A stretch of DNA of 39,399 nt, from contig CAIQPO010000043.1 of NCBI GenBank assembly GCA_903873735.1, forward strand, positions 1 to 39,399, written 5' to 3'. The translations under genes and the position numbers were made by a program. Below, piece by piece: positions 8,442 through 17,947 of the stretch (its first letter is position 1; each line of letters starts with the position of its first letter). The notes beneath the pieces were generated by a model, which was not told the DNA's origin, did not search any database, and saw only the letters and a list, made by a program, of their open reading frames with translations. Source of the stretch: Candidatus Collierbacteria bacterium. Its GTDB lineage: Bacteria; Patescibacteriota; Microgenomatia; UBA1400; MFAQ01.

Positions 8442-8894
8442 TTATTCTTCTCCTAACTTAAACCTAGAAAACCTCATCACTCTGATGTTTTCTCCAGTTT
8501 TTCCTATCAAGCTTTTAACCAAGTTTTCAATAGTTATACCCGCATCTCTGATGTAGGCTTGAGCTAAAAGCTCATCTACATCTTTAGGATTCATTGAAAC
8601 AATCTGCATCGCCACCTCTTTACATAAAGTTTCAAACTCGGCTGTATCAGCCACAAAGTCTGTCTCACAGGCAATCTCCACCATAGCAGCAACTCTGCCA
8701 CCATTGTGGGTATAGCAATACACTTTGCCACTTCTCACCTCTCTGCTTGATTTACTTTCAGCTTTGGCTAAACCCTTGGCCTTGATAATTTCTTCAGCTT
8801 TTACCACATCTCCATTTGATTCCTCCAGTGCCTTCTTAGCGTCCATCACACCAGCACCAGTCTTCTCTCTTAATTCCTTTATTTTGTCCATCAT
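8442..8894 (-). CDS. tsf: Elongation factor Ts (short form)
   Basis: IKELREKTGAGVMDAKKAL, EIACETDFVA, KTGENIRVMRFSRF; follows rpsB. Confidence 0.96.
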   Translation of the reverse strand: MMDKIKELREKTGAGVMDAKKALEESNGDVVKAEEIIKAKGLAKAESKSSREVRSGKVYCYTHNGGRVAAMVEIACETDFVADTAEFETLCKEVAMQIVSMNPKDVDELLAQAYIRDAGITIENLVKSLIGKTGENIRVMRFSRFKLGEE

Positions 8895-8906
8895 AGCCTC
8901 AATAAA

Positions 8907-9785
8907 TTATTTTTTAATATCTTTAAGTCCTAAAGATAGGGCAGTTTCTACCTCTTTGACTACAATTTCCAATCCCTTTACGGAGTCATCATTCATTGGG
9001 ATGATGAAATCAACCATGTCAGGATTTGAATTTGAATCAACTAAACCAACTACCTTCACTCCTCTTGATTTAGCCTCTTTTACAGCCAATCTTTCCTTGT
9101 GAGTATCAAAAACAATCACCATCTCAGGAACATCCCTAAGGTTCACCAAACCACCCACTACTCTTTCAAGTCTAGCAATCTCCTTGTCAAACAATACTTG
9201 TTCCTTTTTGGTGTATTTCTTTAGCTGTCCAGAATCTCTCTTTGATCTTAAGGAAACTAATCTCTCGATTGTCTGTCTCACCTGTTTCCAGTTGGTAATC
9301 AAACCGCCCATCCATCTTTGGGATAAATAGGACACACCTATTCTCTTTGCCATTTCCTCGATCATGGGTTTTACTTGTCTTTTTGTACCAACTACCACGA
9401 TTCTCTTGCCAGATGATGCAGCTTGATTAATCTCTTTTGTAGCTTCAGCTAATTTACTTAATGTGATTTCCAAATCAAAAATATGAACTCCATTCTTCTC
9501 ACCCCAAAGATACTTCTTCATCTTTGGATTCCATTTTTTCACCACATGTCCGAAATGAGCTCCAGCTTCGAAAAGCTGTTCTACGGTTACTCCAACTTGT
9601 GGTTTAACTTCTTTCTCAACTTTTTTCTCTTCAACAACGGCTTCTACTTTTATTTCTTCAACTTCTTTTTTAGCAGCCACCTTTTTTACAGGAGTTTTCT
9701 TTACTACTTCTTTCTTAACAACTTTCTTTGTAGTAGTTTTTTTGGTCTCTACCTCGACCTTTTTTTCTTCGGCTTTTTTTGCCAT
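8907..9785 (-). CDS. rpsB: 30S ribosomal protein uS2 with Lys/Glu/Val-rich N-terminal extension
   Basis: EAGAHFGH, WNPKM, VVGTKRQ, RWMGGLITNW, IPMNDDS. Confidence 0.97.
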   Translation of the reverse strand: MAKKAEEKKVEVETKKTTTKKVVKKEVVKKTPVKKVAAKKEVEEIKVEAVVEEKKVEKEVKPQVGVTVEQLFEAGAHFGHVVKKWNPKMKKYLWGEKNGVHIFDLEITLSKLAEATKEINQAASSGKRIVVVGTKRQVKPMIEEMAKRIGVSYLSQRWMGGLITNWKQVRQTIERLVSLRSKRDSGQLKKYTKKEQVLFDKEIARLERVVGGLVNLRDVPEMVIVFDTHKERLAVKEAKSRGVKVVGLVDSNSNPDMVDFIIPMNDDSVKGLEIVVKEVETALSLGLKDIKK

Positions 9786-9920
9786 ATATCATCTCTTTTA
9801 GCTTAGGAGACATTTCAAGAGATTCATCTCCCAGCAAATTTGTAATTAACTGGAGTATTTTATCACAACCAGCCTCGTGAAGAAAGCATTAATTCAGCCA
9901 ATGTCCAAATACCCTATAAC

Positions 9921-9994
9921 TTGACTTTTACGCACAAATATGCTATCATCCACCATTAGCACTTTAACCTGACTGACACTGACCTAAGCGGAGG
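9921..9994 (+). promoter_or_regulatory. Cassette 5 promoter + boxA-like motif + SD
   Basis: TTGACT(9921-9926)-17-TATCAT(9944-9949) with extended TG; AGCACTTTAAC (9958-9968); GGAGG (9990-9994). Confidence 0.8.
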
Positions 9995-9998
9995 CACT

Positions 9999-10556
9999 AT
10001 GTTTTGGCAAATCTATTTACCCTTGGGTGTTTTTGCCCTGTTCTTCATTATGGGAATTATCAGCGCCGTCAGATCAGACGATCCTGAAATCGTCGGTAGT
10101 GGATTCAGGGTAGGAGTAGCATTTGGAATACTCTTCCTCTTCTTTGGCTTCTTGATCAACACTTTTTTCGGCCCAAAAATTTCGGCAAGTTCAATACCGG
10201 ATATCGAACATCCAACATATCTTGCCTCTTTCAGTGGTGACAAAGAACTTTTTGGCACATATGGTGCTTTCATAGTCGCCAGTGGCACTCTCAGTGAAAA
10301 ACGGCAGTATGAGTACTATTTCTATCTGCCTGATTCAAACAAGATTGCCTTCGCCAAAGTCGATGCTGCAACCGCCCTTATTGTGGAGGATAGCCCAGAT
10401 CGCCCATACATGATCAAGATTAAATCAGTATGCCCGAAAATCGACCCCCAAGGCAACTTCTGGCTTATTACCAGCTGCAACAATTACATCCCCTACGTTA
10501 TCGAATTCCATGTTCCGCAAGGCTCCGTAGTTCAGGAATTCATCGCCAACCCCTAG
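9999..10556 (+). CDS. Cassette 5 cargo: two-TM membrane protein with soluble C-terminal domain
   Basis: Two N-terminal hydrophobic helices; C-terminal EFHVPQGSVVQ resembles the next gene. Confidence 0.8.
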   Translation: MFWQIYLPLGVFALFFIMGIISAVRSDDPEIVGSGFRVGVAFGILFLFFGFLINTFFGPKISASSIPDIEHPTYLASFSGDKELFGTYGAFIVASGTLSEKRQYEYYFYLPDSNKIAFAKVDAATALIVEDSPDRPYMIKIKSVCPKIDPQGNFWLITSCNNYIPYVIEFHVPQGSVVQEFIANP

Positions 10557-10565
10557 TGCTTTATC

Positions 10566-10590
10566 AACCCGTCTCCCAAGACGGGTTTTT
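10566..10590 (+). terminator. Intrinsic terminator, cassette 5
   Basis: AACCCGTCT-CCCA-AGACGGGTT-TTT. Confidence 0.85.
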
Positions 10591-10597
10591 ATTTGAT

Positions 10598-10660
10598 TTG
10601 ACATACAAATAACTCAGTGATATCCTATAGGTCGTACTTTCCCATTTCTGTTCGATGGAG
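10598..10660 (+). promoter_or_regulatory. Cassette 6 promoter + boxA-like motif + SD
   Basis: TTGACA(10598-10603)-17-TATCCT(10621-10626) with extended TG; CGTACTTTCCC (10633-10643, degenerate); GGAG (10657-10660). Confidence 0.7.
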
Positions 10661-10669
10661 ACCAAACAC

Positions 10670-11224
10670 ATGCTCACACCAATCATCGTTTTGCTTATCG
10701 GCTTGCTCATCTTCCGCAAGGTGTACTTCTATGCGGACCCTGACATTCGCGATAGTCGACCAAGCTTCGACAAAGAAATGTTTATCCTCGTGGCGATCGT
10801 TGCCATCTTTGCGGGACTTTTGACTGGTGTACTCACCAGCATGGCTTTCCCCACTGTTTCTGTCGCCAACGACCCAGTAAAGCTGGAAACCATGGATATC
10901 AGCGGCCCCGAAATTCAGGGTCGATTCTTCCTGGGATCAGGCTACATCGACAGCGAAGAATACTACGTCTTCCGCTATTATGTGCCTGGCATGAACAATG
11001 TCCTCCGCGACGGCAAAGTCTATCGCTACGAACCGCGTTACCAGGTTATCAACCTGATTCGCGATCAAGAAGCTGACTCTGCCTACTATGTCACCTATCA
11101 TTACGAGTTCGCCTGGGATTGGGCCAAGTGGTTAGCATACAGCCCCATGGACACCACCCCGGAAATATATGATTTCCACATTCCGGCGAACGCCATCGTC
11201 CCGCAGATCAGCATCCAGAAATAG
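10670..11224 (+). CDS. Cassette 6 cargo: two-TM membrane protein, probable homologue of cassette 5 cargo
   Basis: Start placed at ATG 10670 after GGAG; two TM helices, GRFFLGSGYID, YDFHIPANAIVPQ. Confidence 0.8.
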   Translation: MLTPIIVLLIGLLIFRKVYFYADPDIRDSRPSFDKEMFILVAIVAIFAGLLTGVLTSMAFPTVSVANDPVKLETMDISGPEIQGRFFLGSGYIDSEEYYVFRYYVPGMNNVLRDGKVYRYEPRYQVINLIRDQEADSAYYVTYHYEFAWDWAKWLAYSPMDTTPEIYDFHIPANAIVPQISIQK

Positions 11225-11231
11225 CACCTCC

Positions 11232-11255
11232 ACCCGCCTCCATGGCGGGTTTTTT
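11232..11255 (+). terminator. Intrinsic terminator, cassette 6
   Basis: ACCCGCC-TCCAT-GGCGGGT-TTTTT. Confidence 0.85.
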
Positions 11256-11260
11256 ATTCA

Positions 11261-12037
11261 TTAATTACCAGTTTCAGCCAAATTCACAAACAAAGACACA
11301 ATCGTCAGAGGACCAACTCCACCTGGCACAGGTGTAATCGCTCTAGCCTTTCTTATCGCTCCCTCACTAAAATCAGCTTTCGGATATCCCAAATCAATAC
11401 CCACAAATTCATCCTTTACCATATTCTCAGTAATCAATTCCCCCGCCCCCGTCGCACCTATCACCACATCAAAATCTCTTAATAGATTTAAGTCATCACC
11501 CCTATCAAAGCCAGAAACCACAAAACCTAATTGGAGCAACCTCTCGTAAAGACGTCTTCCCACCATTCCTTCATGTCCAACCAAAGCAACACTCAAATCC
11601 CGCGCAATATTTAGTTTTTCAAAAACTGTCTCCACCGCCAAAACTACTGCAGGCACGAAGCTACTTTTCGGGTTTAATCCGTCTACATCTTTAGCCTCTG
11701 GCACTGTATACAAAATTTGCTCAACATCAATTTCTTCGACCCCTTTCATTGGCAGCTGCACCAAAATTCCATCTATGTCAGCCCTTTCATCTCCATTTAT
11801 AATTGTCTTTAAGATCTCTTCTTTACCATTGGCAAAAACCACTTCAACCACCGCACCAATTCTCTCTCCTGCCTCTCGCTTTAGTCTCACATATGTACTT
11901 TCTCTCCCCAAACCATCACACTGAATAATCATAAGCTTTTTACCCCTCAATAACCCTTGAACCTTTAAGCTTTCTTCTATTAAGGCAGCTTCTCTTTTTC
12001 CATCAAAGACTATCTTATTACTGGATATTTCTTGCAT
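11261..12037 (-). CDS. folD: Methylenetetrahydrofolate dehydrogenase/cyclohydrolase (short, divergent)
   Basis: YVRLK, IDGILVQLP, KDVDG, ITPVPGGVGPLT. Confidence 0.9.
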   Translation of the reverse strand: MQEISSNKIVFDGKREAALIEESLKVQGLLRGKKLMIIQCDGLGRESTYVRLKREAGERIGAVVEVVFANGKEEILKTIINGDERADIDGILVQLPMKGVEEIDVEQILYTVPEAKDVDGLNPKSSFVPAVVLAVETVFEKLNIARDLSVALVGHEGMVGRRLYERLLQLGFVVSGFDRGDDLNLLRDFDVVIGATGAGELITENMVKDEFVGIDLGYPKADFSEGAIRKARAITPVPGGVGPLTIVSLFVNLAETGN

Positions 12038-13221
12038 AAGGTTGTTATTTTATCTAATAAATCGTTATTGGCTCCCCTATTAACCGAATGATCAATTACT
12101 TCAGCAATAATCTTCATCTCTTCCTCTCCAAGCCCCCTTGTAGTAATTGCCGGCGTACCGATTCTTATTCCTGATGGATTAAGTGGAGTACCTTTATCAC
12201 CAGGAATGGTATTTGCGTTTACCACAACACCTACTTTTTCAAGCTCCTTCGCCACTTCCCTACCCTTCCCCACTCCAACATCAACCACCATCAAGTGAGT
12301 ATCAGTTCCCCACACAACAAAACCTCTCCTTTTCAATTCACCAGACAATACTATTGCGTTACTCAACACTCGTTCGCAATACTCTTTATACCCTTCATCA
12401 CCAACTTCATACAAAGCCTGGCCTATACCTGCAATCGTATTCATGTGTGGGCCTCCCTGAAGTCCAGGGAAAACTGCCTTTTCAATCTTCTTTGCTAACT
12501 CACTATCCTTTGTCATTCCTCTTTTGGTCACCCCCAAAATTGCCCCCCTTGGGCCTCTTAATGTTTTATGTGTCGTGGTCATAACCACATCCACAAACGG
12601 TGACGGACTAAGCAGTGTTTTACCGGCAATCAAACCAGCAGTGTGTGAGATATCGGCTAATAAGATACAACTATTATCAGAAGTAATTTTACCCACTTTT
12701 TCCCAGTCGATTCTCCAAGGATATGATGTGCTCCCCACCACTACCAATTTTGGTCTTTCCTCCAAAATCACCCTTTCCATTTGTTCATAATCTATAAAGC
12801 CTTTTGTATCCAGACCAAACTTAAACGACTTAAACCATTTTCCCGTTATTGATACATCATGACCATGTGTTAAATGACCTCCACTACTAAGATTTAATCC
12901 CAATACTTTTTCTCCAGGGCTTAGAACAGCCAGATAAACTGCCAAATTTGCAGGGCTACCAGAGTATGGCTGAACATTAACCCACTCTAAGTCAAATATT
13001 TCTCTAGCCCTCATCTGCACATACTCTTCCAACTCATCCATGACAGCATTGCCCTGATAGTATCTCTTGTGGGGATAACCTTCGGCATATTTATCAGACA
13101 AACAAGAACCTACAACCTCCAATACCGCACTCGAAGTATGATTCTCTGAAGGAATGAGTGTAAGTGTGTTTTCCTGCCTCAGTCTCTCCTTATTGATTAT
13201 TTCCTTTATCAAAATATCCAT
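12010..13221 (-). CDS. glyA: Serine hydroxymethyltransferase
   Basis: LIPSEN, KYAEGYP, NVQPYSGSPAN, GGHLTHG, TTTHKTLRGPRG, GIRIGTPAITTRG. Confidence 0.97.
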   Translation of the reverse strand: MDILIKEIINKERLRQENTLTLIPSENHTSSAVLEVVGSCLSDKYAEGYPHKRYYQGNAVMDELEEYVQMRAREIFDLEWVNVQPYSGSPANLAVYLAVLSPGEKVLGLNLSSGGHLTHGHDVSITGKWFKSFKFGLDTKGFIDYEQMERVILEERPKLVVVGSTSYPWRIDWEKVGKITSDNSCILLADISHTAGLIAGKTLLSPSPFVDVVMTTTHKTLRGPRGAILGVTKRGMTKDSELAKKIEKAVFPGLQGGPHMNTIAGIGQALYEVGDEGYKEYCERVLSNAIVLSGELKRRGFVVWGTDTHLMVVDVGVGKGREVAKELEKVGVVVNANTIPGDKGTPLNPSGIRIGTPAITTRGLGEEEMKIIAEVIDHSVNRGANNDLLDKITTLCKKYPVIR

Positions 13222-13254
13222 TCACCTATTATCTCACCTAAGAAGAAGATCCAA

Positions 13255-13881
13255 CTAGCACAATATACCAGCCATATTCATATAAGATAGGCAGTCTGAT
13301 ACCACCTCCTCTTTACTCTTAGATGCATCCACTACTCTCCAAAAATCAGGAAACTTTACCGATAACTCTAAGTAAGCATCCCTTACCCTTCTATGAAAAT
13401 CCAGCTCTTTCATGTCGTACCTATCAATATCACTACAACCTCTTTTCCTCAACAAAGCTAACTCTGGAGCCAAGTCGAAATGCAGTACCAAGTCAGGCAT
13501 CAAGCCTCTAGTAGCAATCTTACTTACTGCCACAATAATTTCTCTATCGATTTTTTCGCTCCCCTGATATGCATAAGTACTAAACCAATAACGATCAAGC
13601 AAAACCCCCCTGCTTTCTCTCTCTCCTTTGAGTACCGGCAGTATCTCATTTGCCACCAGGTTGGCTCTAGAAGCTGTGTAAGCGAAAAAAGATGCCATTG
13701 GGTCAATAACCAAATCTGGTCTCTGCTGTACTGCTTCCCTCATCAACTCTCCAAACTCAGTTCCCCCAGGTTCTCGTTTCAGCTCCCATAAAGGAAGATG
13801 TTCCATTAATCCATTTATCGCTGTAGTTTTACCACATCCACTACCACCCTCAGTCACCACAAACGGATATCTCTCATTCAT
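13255..13881 (-). CDS. tmk: Thymidylate kinase
   Basis: EGGSGCGKTT, REPGGT, LDRYWFSTYAYQG. Confidence 0.93.
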   Translation of the reverse strand: MNERYPFVVTEGGSGCGKTTAINGLMEHLPLWELKREPGGTEFGELMREAVQQRPDLVIDPMASFFAYTASRANLVANEILPVLKGERESRGVLLDRYWFSTYAYQGSEKIDREIIVAVSKIATRGLMPDLVLHFDLAPELALLRKRGCSDIDRYDMKELDFHRRVRDAYLELSVKFPDFWRVVDASKSKEEVVSDCLSYMNMAGILC

Positions 13882-14128
13882 ATGAGCTTGCTTCTTCTCT
13901 TGTCATAAACATGGTTTCTAGCACCTCATCTGGCAAAATTGCTTCCGAATCTCTTACATACCTTCTAAACTCTGCCAGAACCTGAAGATATCGCTCTTTC
14001 CTATCTACCCCCTTATCTGCCCTTTCCGGTAATGGTTTCTCCACCACCAACCCTTCCCCGCCCACATACCATCTATGGAATCTACTTTCAAATACCTGAG
14101 CACCAGCCTCGACAATATTTTTGGTCAT
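13874..14128 (-). CDS. Hypothetical protein (84 aa)
   Basis: Overlaps the tmk start by 8 nt on the same strand. Confidence 0.55.
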   Translation of the reverse strand: MTKNIVEAGAQVFESRFHRWYVGGEGLVVEKPLPERADKGVDRKERYLQVLAEFRRYVRDSEAILPDEVLETMFMTREEASSYE

Positions 14129-14189
14129 AAATACAAACTAATTCTTCTATCTTCAAAAGTCTAGACTTTTATTTTCCAGTTACAAGTCT

Positions 14190-14240
14190 TATACTTTCCC
14201 ACCAGCGTACCTTTACAGGCTTCTTTTAGACACAAGGAGG
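14190..14240 (+). promoter_or_regulatory. Cassette 7 -10 box + boxA-like motif + SD
   Basis: TATACT (14190-14195); CGTACCTTTAC (14206-14216); GGAGG (14236-14240). Confidence 0.65.
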
Positions 14241-14244
14241 TATT

Positions 14245-14463
14245 TTGTCCAAAAAAATTACCACAGTACTAAGTAAAAAGGAAAGGGCCAAGCTCCTAAA
14301 CCTTAACCCAACTCCTGGAAGTGAACTTACTCTTCATCGCAATCATCCCCATACCAGCGACGAACACCCTTTTCTGCATACAGACATTGTCCACGTTCGG
14401 TATCTTGGCGATGAAGTTTTTGAATATTTGTACAAAGAACACATTCCCTGTGAACCAAACTAA
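14245..14463 (+). CDS. Cassette 7 cargo: His-rich hypothetical protein (72 aa, TTG start)
   Basis: AAGGAGG SD 4 nt before TTG; terminator 7 nt after the stop. Confidence 0.65.
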   Translation: MSKKITTVLSKKERAKLLNLNPTPGSELTLHRNHPHTSDEHPFLHTDIVHVRYLGDEVFEYLYKEHIPCEPN

Positions 14464-14470
14464 ATCTAGT

Positions 14471-14496
14471 AAACGGCAATCTCTTGCCGTTTTTTT
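14471..14496 (+). terminator. Intrinsic terminator, cassette 7
   Basis: AAACGGCAA-TCTC-TTGCCGTTT-TTTT. Confidence 0.85.
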
Positions 14497-14502
14497 ATCT
14501 GT

Positions 14503-15762
14503 CTATCCCAGTAAATTTTTTATCATGAAGGTAGCCGCCAAAAACATTAACCCAATGGTAATTACCATAATTACATTGCTCAAACCGGACGACTTCCTTC
14601 TGCCTACTACTTCAGTTTTATTTGCTAGTACCAATATCATCACCAATAGCGGTACTGCGGCCACTCCATTAAAAATGGCCGCATAAAATAGTGCTTTAAT
14701 TGCATCTATCTTCAAAAAATTTATTAACAACCCGAGCAACGTGGCCAAAGTTATTGCCAAATAAAAAAACTTGGCTCTCTTAATATCCTTAGACAAACCT
14801 TCCGGTTTTCCCAAGGCTTCTGAAAAAGCATAGGCTAGTCCACCAGCCAGTATCGGAATTGACTGTAAACCAATTCCCACCATCCCAATAGTAAACAGCA
14901 AATAAGCTCCATTCCCAGCCAATGGCCTCAAGGCTTCTGCTGCTTCCTTGGCGGACGAAATCTCGAATATCCCATTTTGATGCAATACTCCTGCTGTCGT
15001 TAAAATAATGAAAAAGGTCATCAAGTTTGAAAAAATCATTCCAATAGCTGTATCTAATCTCATCTTCCTAATTTCGCGCCTAGAAACTTCTGGTCTAACT
15101 CCAAAATCTACAATCTTTTTATCAGCAATCTCCTCTTCCACCTCTTCTGATGTCTGCCAAAAAAATAAATAAGGTGATATTGTCGTACCCAAAAAACCCA
15201 CTACTGTCATCAACCAGTCTTCACTCCATACCGGCTTTATCAAAAATAAACTTTTCAGCGCCTCTCCCCAGTTGTTGGAAATCATCAAGCCTGTCACTAC
15301 ATAGGCAAGAAGTGACAAAGATAACCACTTTAACACCGCTGAATAGCGCTTGTAGGGCACAAACACCTCAATGAGTATTATTCCAACAGCCACCACACCC
15401 AGCCATATCTTTTTATCAAAACCAATCACCATTTCCAAGCTTTCTCCCATTACTCCCAAATTTGCTCCAATGTTTATTACATTTGCACAAGCAAGCAAAA
15501 CCACCGCAAACCACATCCAGTAGACAGAGAAATATTTCTTAATGAGGCTCGTAAGACCCATCCCAGTAATCATCCCCAAGCGACCACACATCTCCTGGAC
15601 TGCAATCATTGCAGGAATCAAAAACAGCGTCAAGAAATTCAGACCATATCCATATCTAGCCCCTGCAATAGAATACGTAGCTATTCCGCTTGGGTCATCA
15701 TCAGCTGCTCCGGTAATAAACCCTGGACCGATCCTTGAAAATAATCTCTTAATGAATCTCAT
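14503..15762 (-). CDS. Nramp-family divalent metal transporter
   Basis: GPGFITGAADDDPSGIATYS, GTTISPYLFFWQ, many TM helices; start placed at ATG 15762 (TATGAT-7 nt-ATG). Confidence 0.9.
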   Translation of the reverse strand: MRFIKRLFSRIGPGFITGAADDDPSGIATYSIAGARYGYGLNFLTLFLIPAMIAVQEMCGRLGMITGMGLTSLIKKYFSVYWMWFAVVLLACANVINIGANLGVMGESLEMVIGFDKKIWLGVVAVGIILIEVFVPYKRYSAVLKWLSLSLLAYVVTGLMISNNWGEALKSLFLIKPVWSEDWLMTVVGFLGTTISPYLFFWQTSEEVEEEIADKKIVDFGVRPEVSRREIRKMRLDTAIGMIFSNLMTFFIILTTAGVLHQNGIFEISSAKEAAEALRPLAGNGAYLLFTIGMVGIGLQSIPILAGGLAYAFSEALGKPEGLSKDIKRAKFFYLAITLATLLGLLINFLKIDAIKALFYAAIFNGVAAVPLLVMILVLANKTEVVGRRKSSGLSNVIMVITIGLMFLAATFMIKNLLG

Positions 15763-15806
15763 TTCTTTAATCATACTAAATCGTTTCTTCTGATAAACTG
15801 ACTCCA

Positions 15807-17405
15807 ATGACAAGAGAAATTTACCCCCAATCAGAATTTGAACACCACCAAAGCCACTCCAAAGTTTATCTAGTACTAAGATCTGAAAATCCCAATACCG
15901 ACACTAACTCTGAAGAAAACTATGCCACTACTATAGCTGGCCAATCTGGGCGCACATGTTATTCTGCCAACATTCAGTTCCCTAGTGACTACAGACACAA
16001 ATCAGATAAATACCGCCAAGTAACAGATGGAGTGGTCAGATCCACTCGAGAAGCAGGTCACCTTACCACCCGCCAACATGTTCACTACACTTTCGCCCTC
16101 GAGGGTGTATCAAGACTAGCAGTCAATTTCTTCCACTCTCATCCACACTACAATTCTGAAGAAATGAGTCAAAGATATGTAACAATCAAAAACAAGGAGC
16201 TAATTTCACCACAAACAGAAAATCCCGAAACTGCTGCCCTACTAGAGTCAGCAAGGATTGGTCTCATCTCAGGCTACGAGGAAATTACAGCAAGTCTTAC
16301 ACCCCTAGCTTTGTCAGAGCTGCAGGCAAGGTTTCCCGGAAGAAAAGGTGAACGATATCAAGAATTTTTTGAAAAAGAGGCACAAAAAAAAGCCCAAGAA
16401 GTAGCTAGATATTTACTACCACTTGGGACACCAACCAATCTTTATCACACAATATCTGAGCTCACACTTGTTCGCCTATATCACCTGTCAGAAACACTTC
16501 CTAATGGGACTGAAGCCAAAGCCATTGTCCAAGCCATGGTTGACACAGTTGCGGCAATAGATCCTAGTATCATTGATGAAATTGGTAAACCATACCCCAA
16601 ACCATATTCCCATACTCTTGCTCAGCCACTTCCAAAAGAGGCAAAAACAAACTTTGATTTGGCTATGACGGATAGCTTTTCACTCCAAGACACTCACCCT
16701 AATTTTATTTCCTCCCTCGCCAGATCTGTACAACTTACGCTCGGACTCGACATTCCAGAAGAGGAGTTGATTGGCTTACTGTTAGACCCCAAACAAAATT
16801 CTCTAATAAGTTCTGTCTGGGGAGAAACCGTACTCGACCAACTTGGTCTATGTTTAAATCAAGTACATCTCACTGGTTTAGTCTCGTTAAGCCACACTGC
16901 CAACTATCAACTTCACCGACATCGAGGCTTTACTCACACTGAACCCCTGATATTGGATATACCAGATCTTGACGATATCGTTATCCCAGCACTTATAAAA
17001 ACAAACTCTGAAATTGAAAAGCGTTATCTAGAAATTCACCATCAACATCTCCAAACTCTTCACCAACTCCAGGAGCAAGGCGTTAGCCTCCAGGAACTAC
17101 AATATTTACTCCCCAACTCCACCAGAGTCAGAAAGCAAATATCTGGTCCTTTGGGATCATATCTTCACTTCATCAAGTCAAGAACTTGTTTAAATGCCCA
17201 AGAGGAAATCTATCAAATCGCAGTTCAGCTAACCCAACAACTATCAATTCTTGAACCATCACTTGTTCCTTATTTGAATCAGCCGGCTCCATGTGGCTTA
17301 AGGAATCGAGCCTCAATCACACCCTACTGTCCTGAAGGCTCTCGTTTTTGTGGAATAAAAATTTGGGATTTAAATATTTCAGACTATCCTCAACGCACCA
17401 TATAA
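15807..17405 (+). CDS. thyX: Flavin-dependent thymidylate synthase ThyX, long two-domain form
   Basis: AGH, SEEMSQRYV and EVARYLLP in the first half; QLHRHR, QYLLP, RTCLNAQEEI in the second half. Confidence 0.85.
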   Translation: MTREIYPQSEFEHHQSHSKVYLVLRSENPNTDTNSEENYATTIAGQSGRTCYSANIQFPSDYRHKSDKYRQVTDGVVRSTREAGHLTTRQHVHYTFALEGVSRLAVNFFHSHPHYNSEEMSQRYVTIKNKELISPQTENPETAALLESARIGLISGYEEITASLTPLALSELQARFPGRKGERYQEFFEKEAQKKAQEVARYLLPLGTPTNLYHTISELTLVRLYHLSETLPNGTEAKAIVQAMVDTVAAIDPSIIDEIGKPYPKPYSHTLAQPLPKEAKTNFDLAMTDSFSLQDTHPNFISSLARSVQLTLGLDIPEEELIGLLLDPKQNSLISSVWGETVLDQLGLCLNQVHLTGLVSLSHTANYQLHRHRGFTHTEPLILDIPDLDDIVIPALIKTNSEIEKRYLEIHHQHLQTLHQLQEQGVSLQELQYLLPNSTRVRKQISGPLGSYLHFIKSRTCLNAQEEIYQIAVQLTQQLSILEPSLVPYLNQPAPCGLRNRASITPYCPEGSRFCGIKIWDLNISDYPQRTI

Positions 17406-17427
17406 AAAAGCGGGCCGTTAGGCCCGC
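17404..17427 (-). terminator. Intrinsic terminator, cassette 8
   Basis: GCGGGCC-4 nt-GGCCCGC plus T run on minus; the cargo stop codon lies in the loop. Confidence 0.8.
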
Positions 17428-17939
17428 AGAGCTTCGCATATCTCCACGTTGGAGATGCGAAAGAGATGGGGGCCCAGGTCTTTAACCAAAGGTTCGTCGT
17501 CTTGTACCGACCAACAAGCCTTGGCAAACAGTGAGTCTCCATCAATATCGTCGAGATAGAATCTCACTAAGTATGCCTGGCTTACCTCACGATAGCGTGC
17601 AATGTCCTGATCAGGCAGTGCGTGGACGGAAGGCTCTGATGCAAATCGGTATTTACCGCTTTCATCAGGGCAAATCACCGCCCAACATACCTGCTTACCA
17701 TTCAGCTTATGCATTGCTTTCAGCTTCTGGTAAAACAGCTCAGAGACTGCGTCAGCCGGATCGGTAATGACATGAAGGCCATCATCCTGCATTCCAAGCA
17801 CAGCCACTGCCTTGTCGCTCCAAAATACTTGAAACCGCGCCGGACCCTCATAAGGCCGAACAGCGCTCCCTTCCGGAAGCAACATTCGAATATCTTCTTC
17901 AGTCACAGAACCTGAAATTTGTAACACAGCATGGCACAT
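17418..17939 (-). CDS. Cassette 8 cargo: hypothetical protein (173 aa)
   Basis: GAGGAGG SD, own promoter, boxA-like motif and terminator; GC-richer than flanks. Confidence 0.8.
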   Translation of the reverse strand: MCHAVLQISGSVTEEDIRMLLPEGSAVRPYEGPARFQVFWSDKAVAVLGMQDDGLHVITDPADAVSELFYQKLKAMHKLNGKQVCWAVICPDESGKYRFASEPSVHALPDQDIARYREVSQAYLVRFYLDDIDGDSLFAKACWSVQDDEPLVKDLGPHLFRISNVEICEALRA

Positions 17940-17947
17940 AAGTTATT

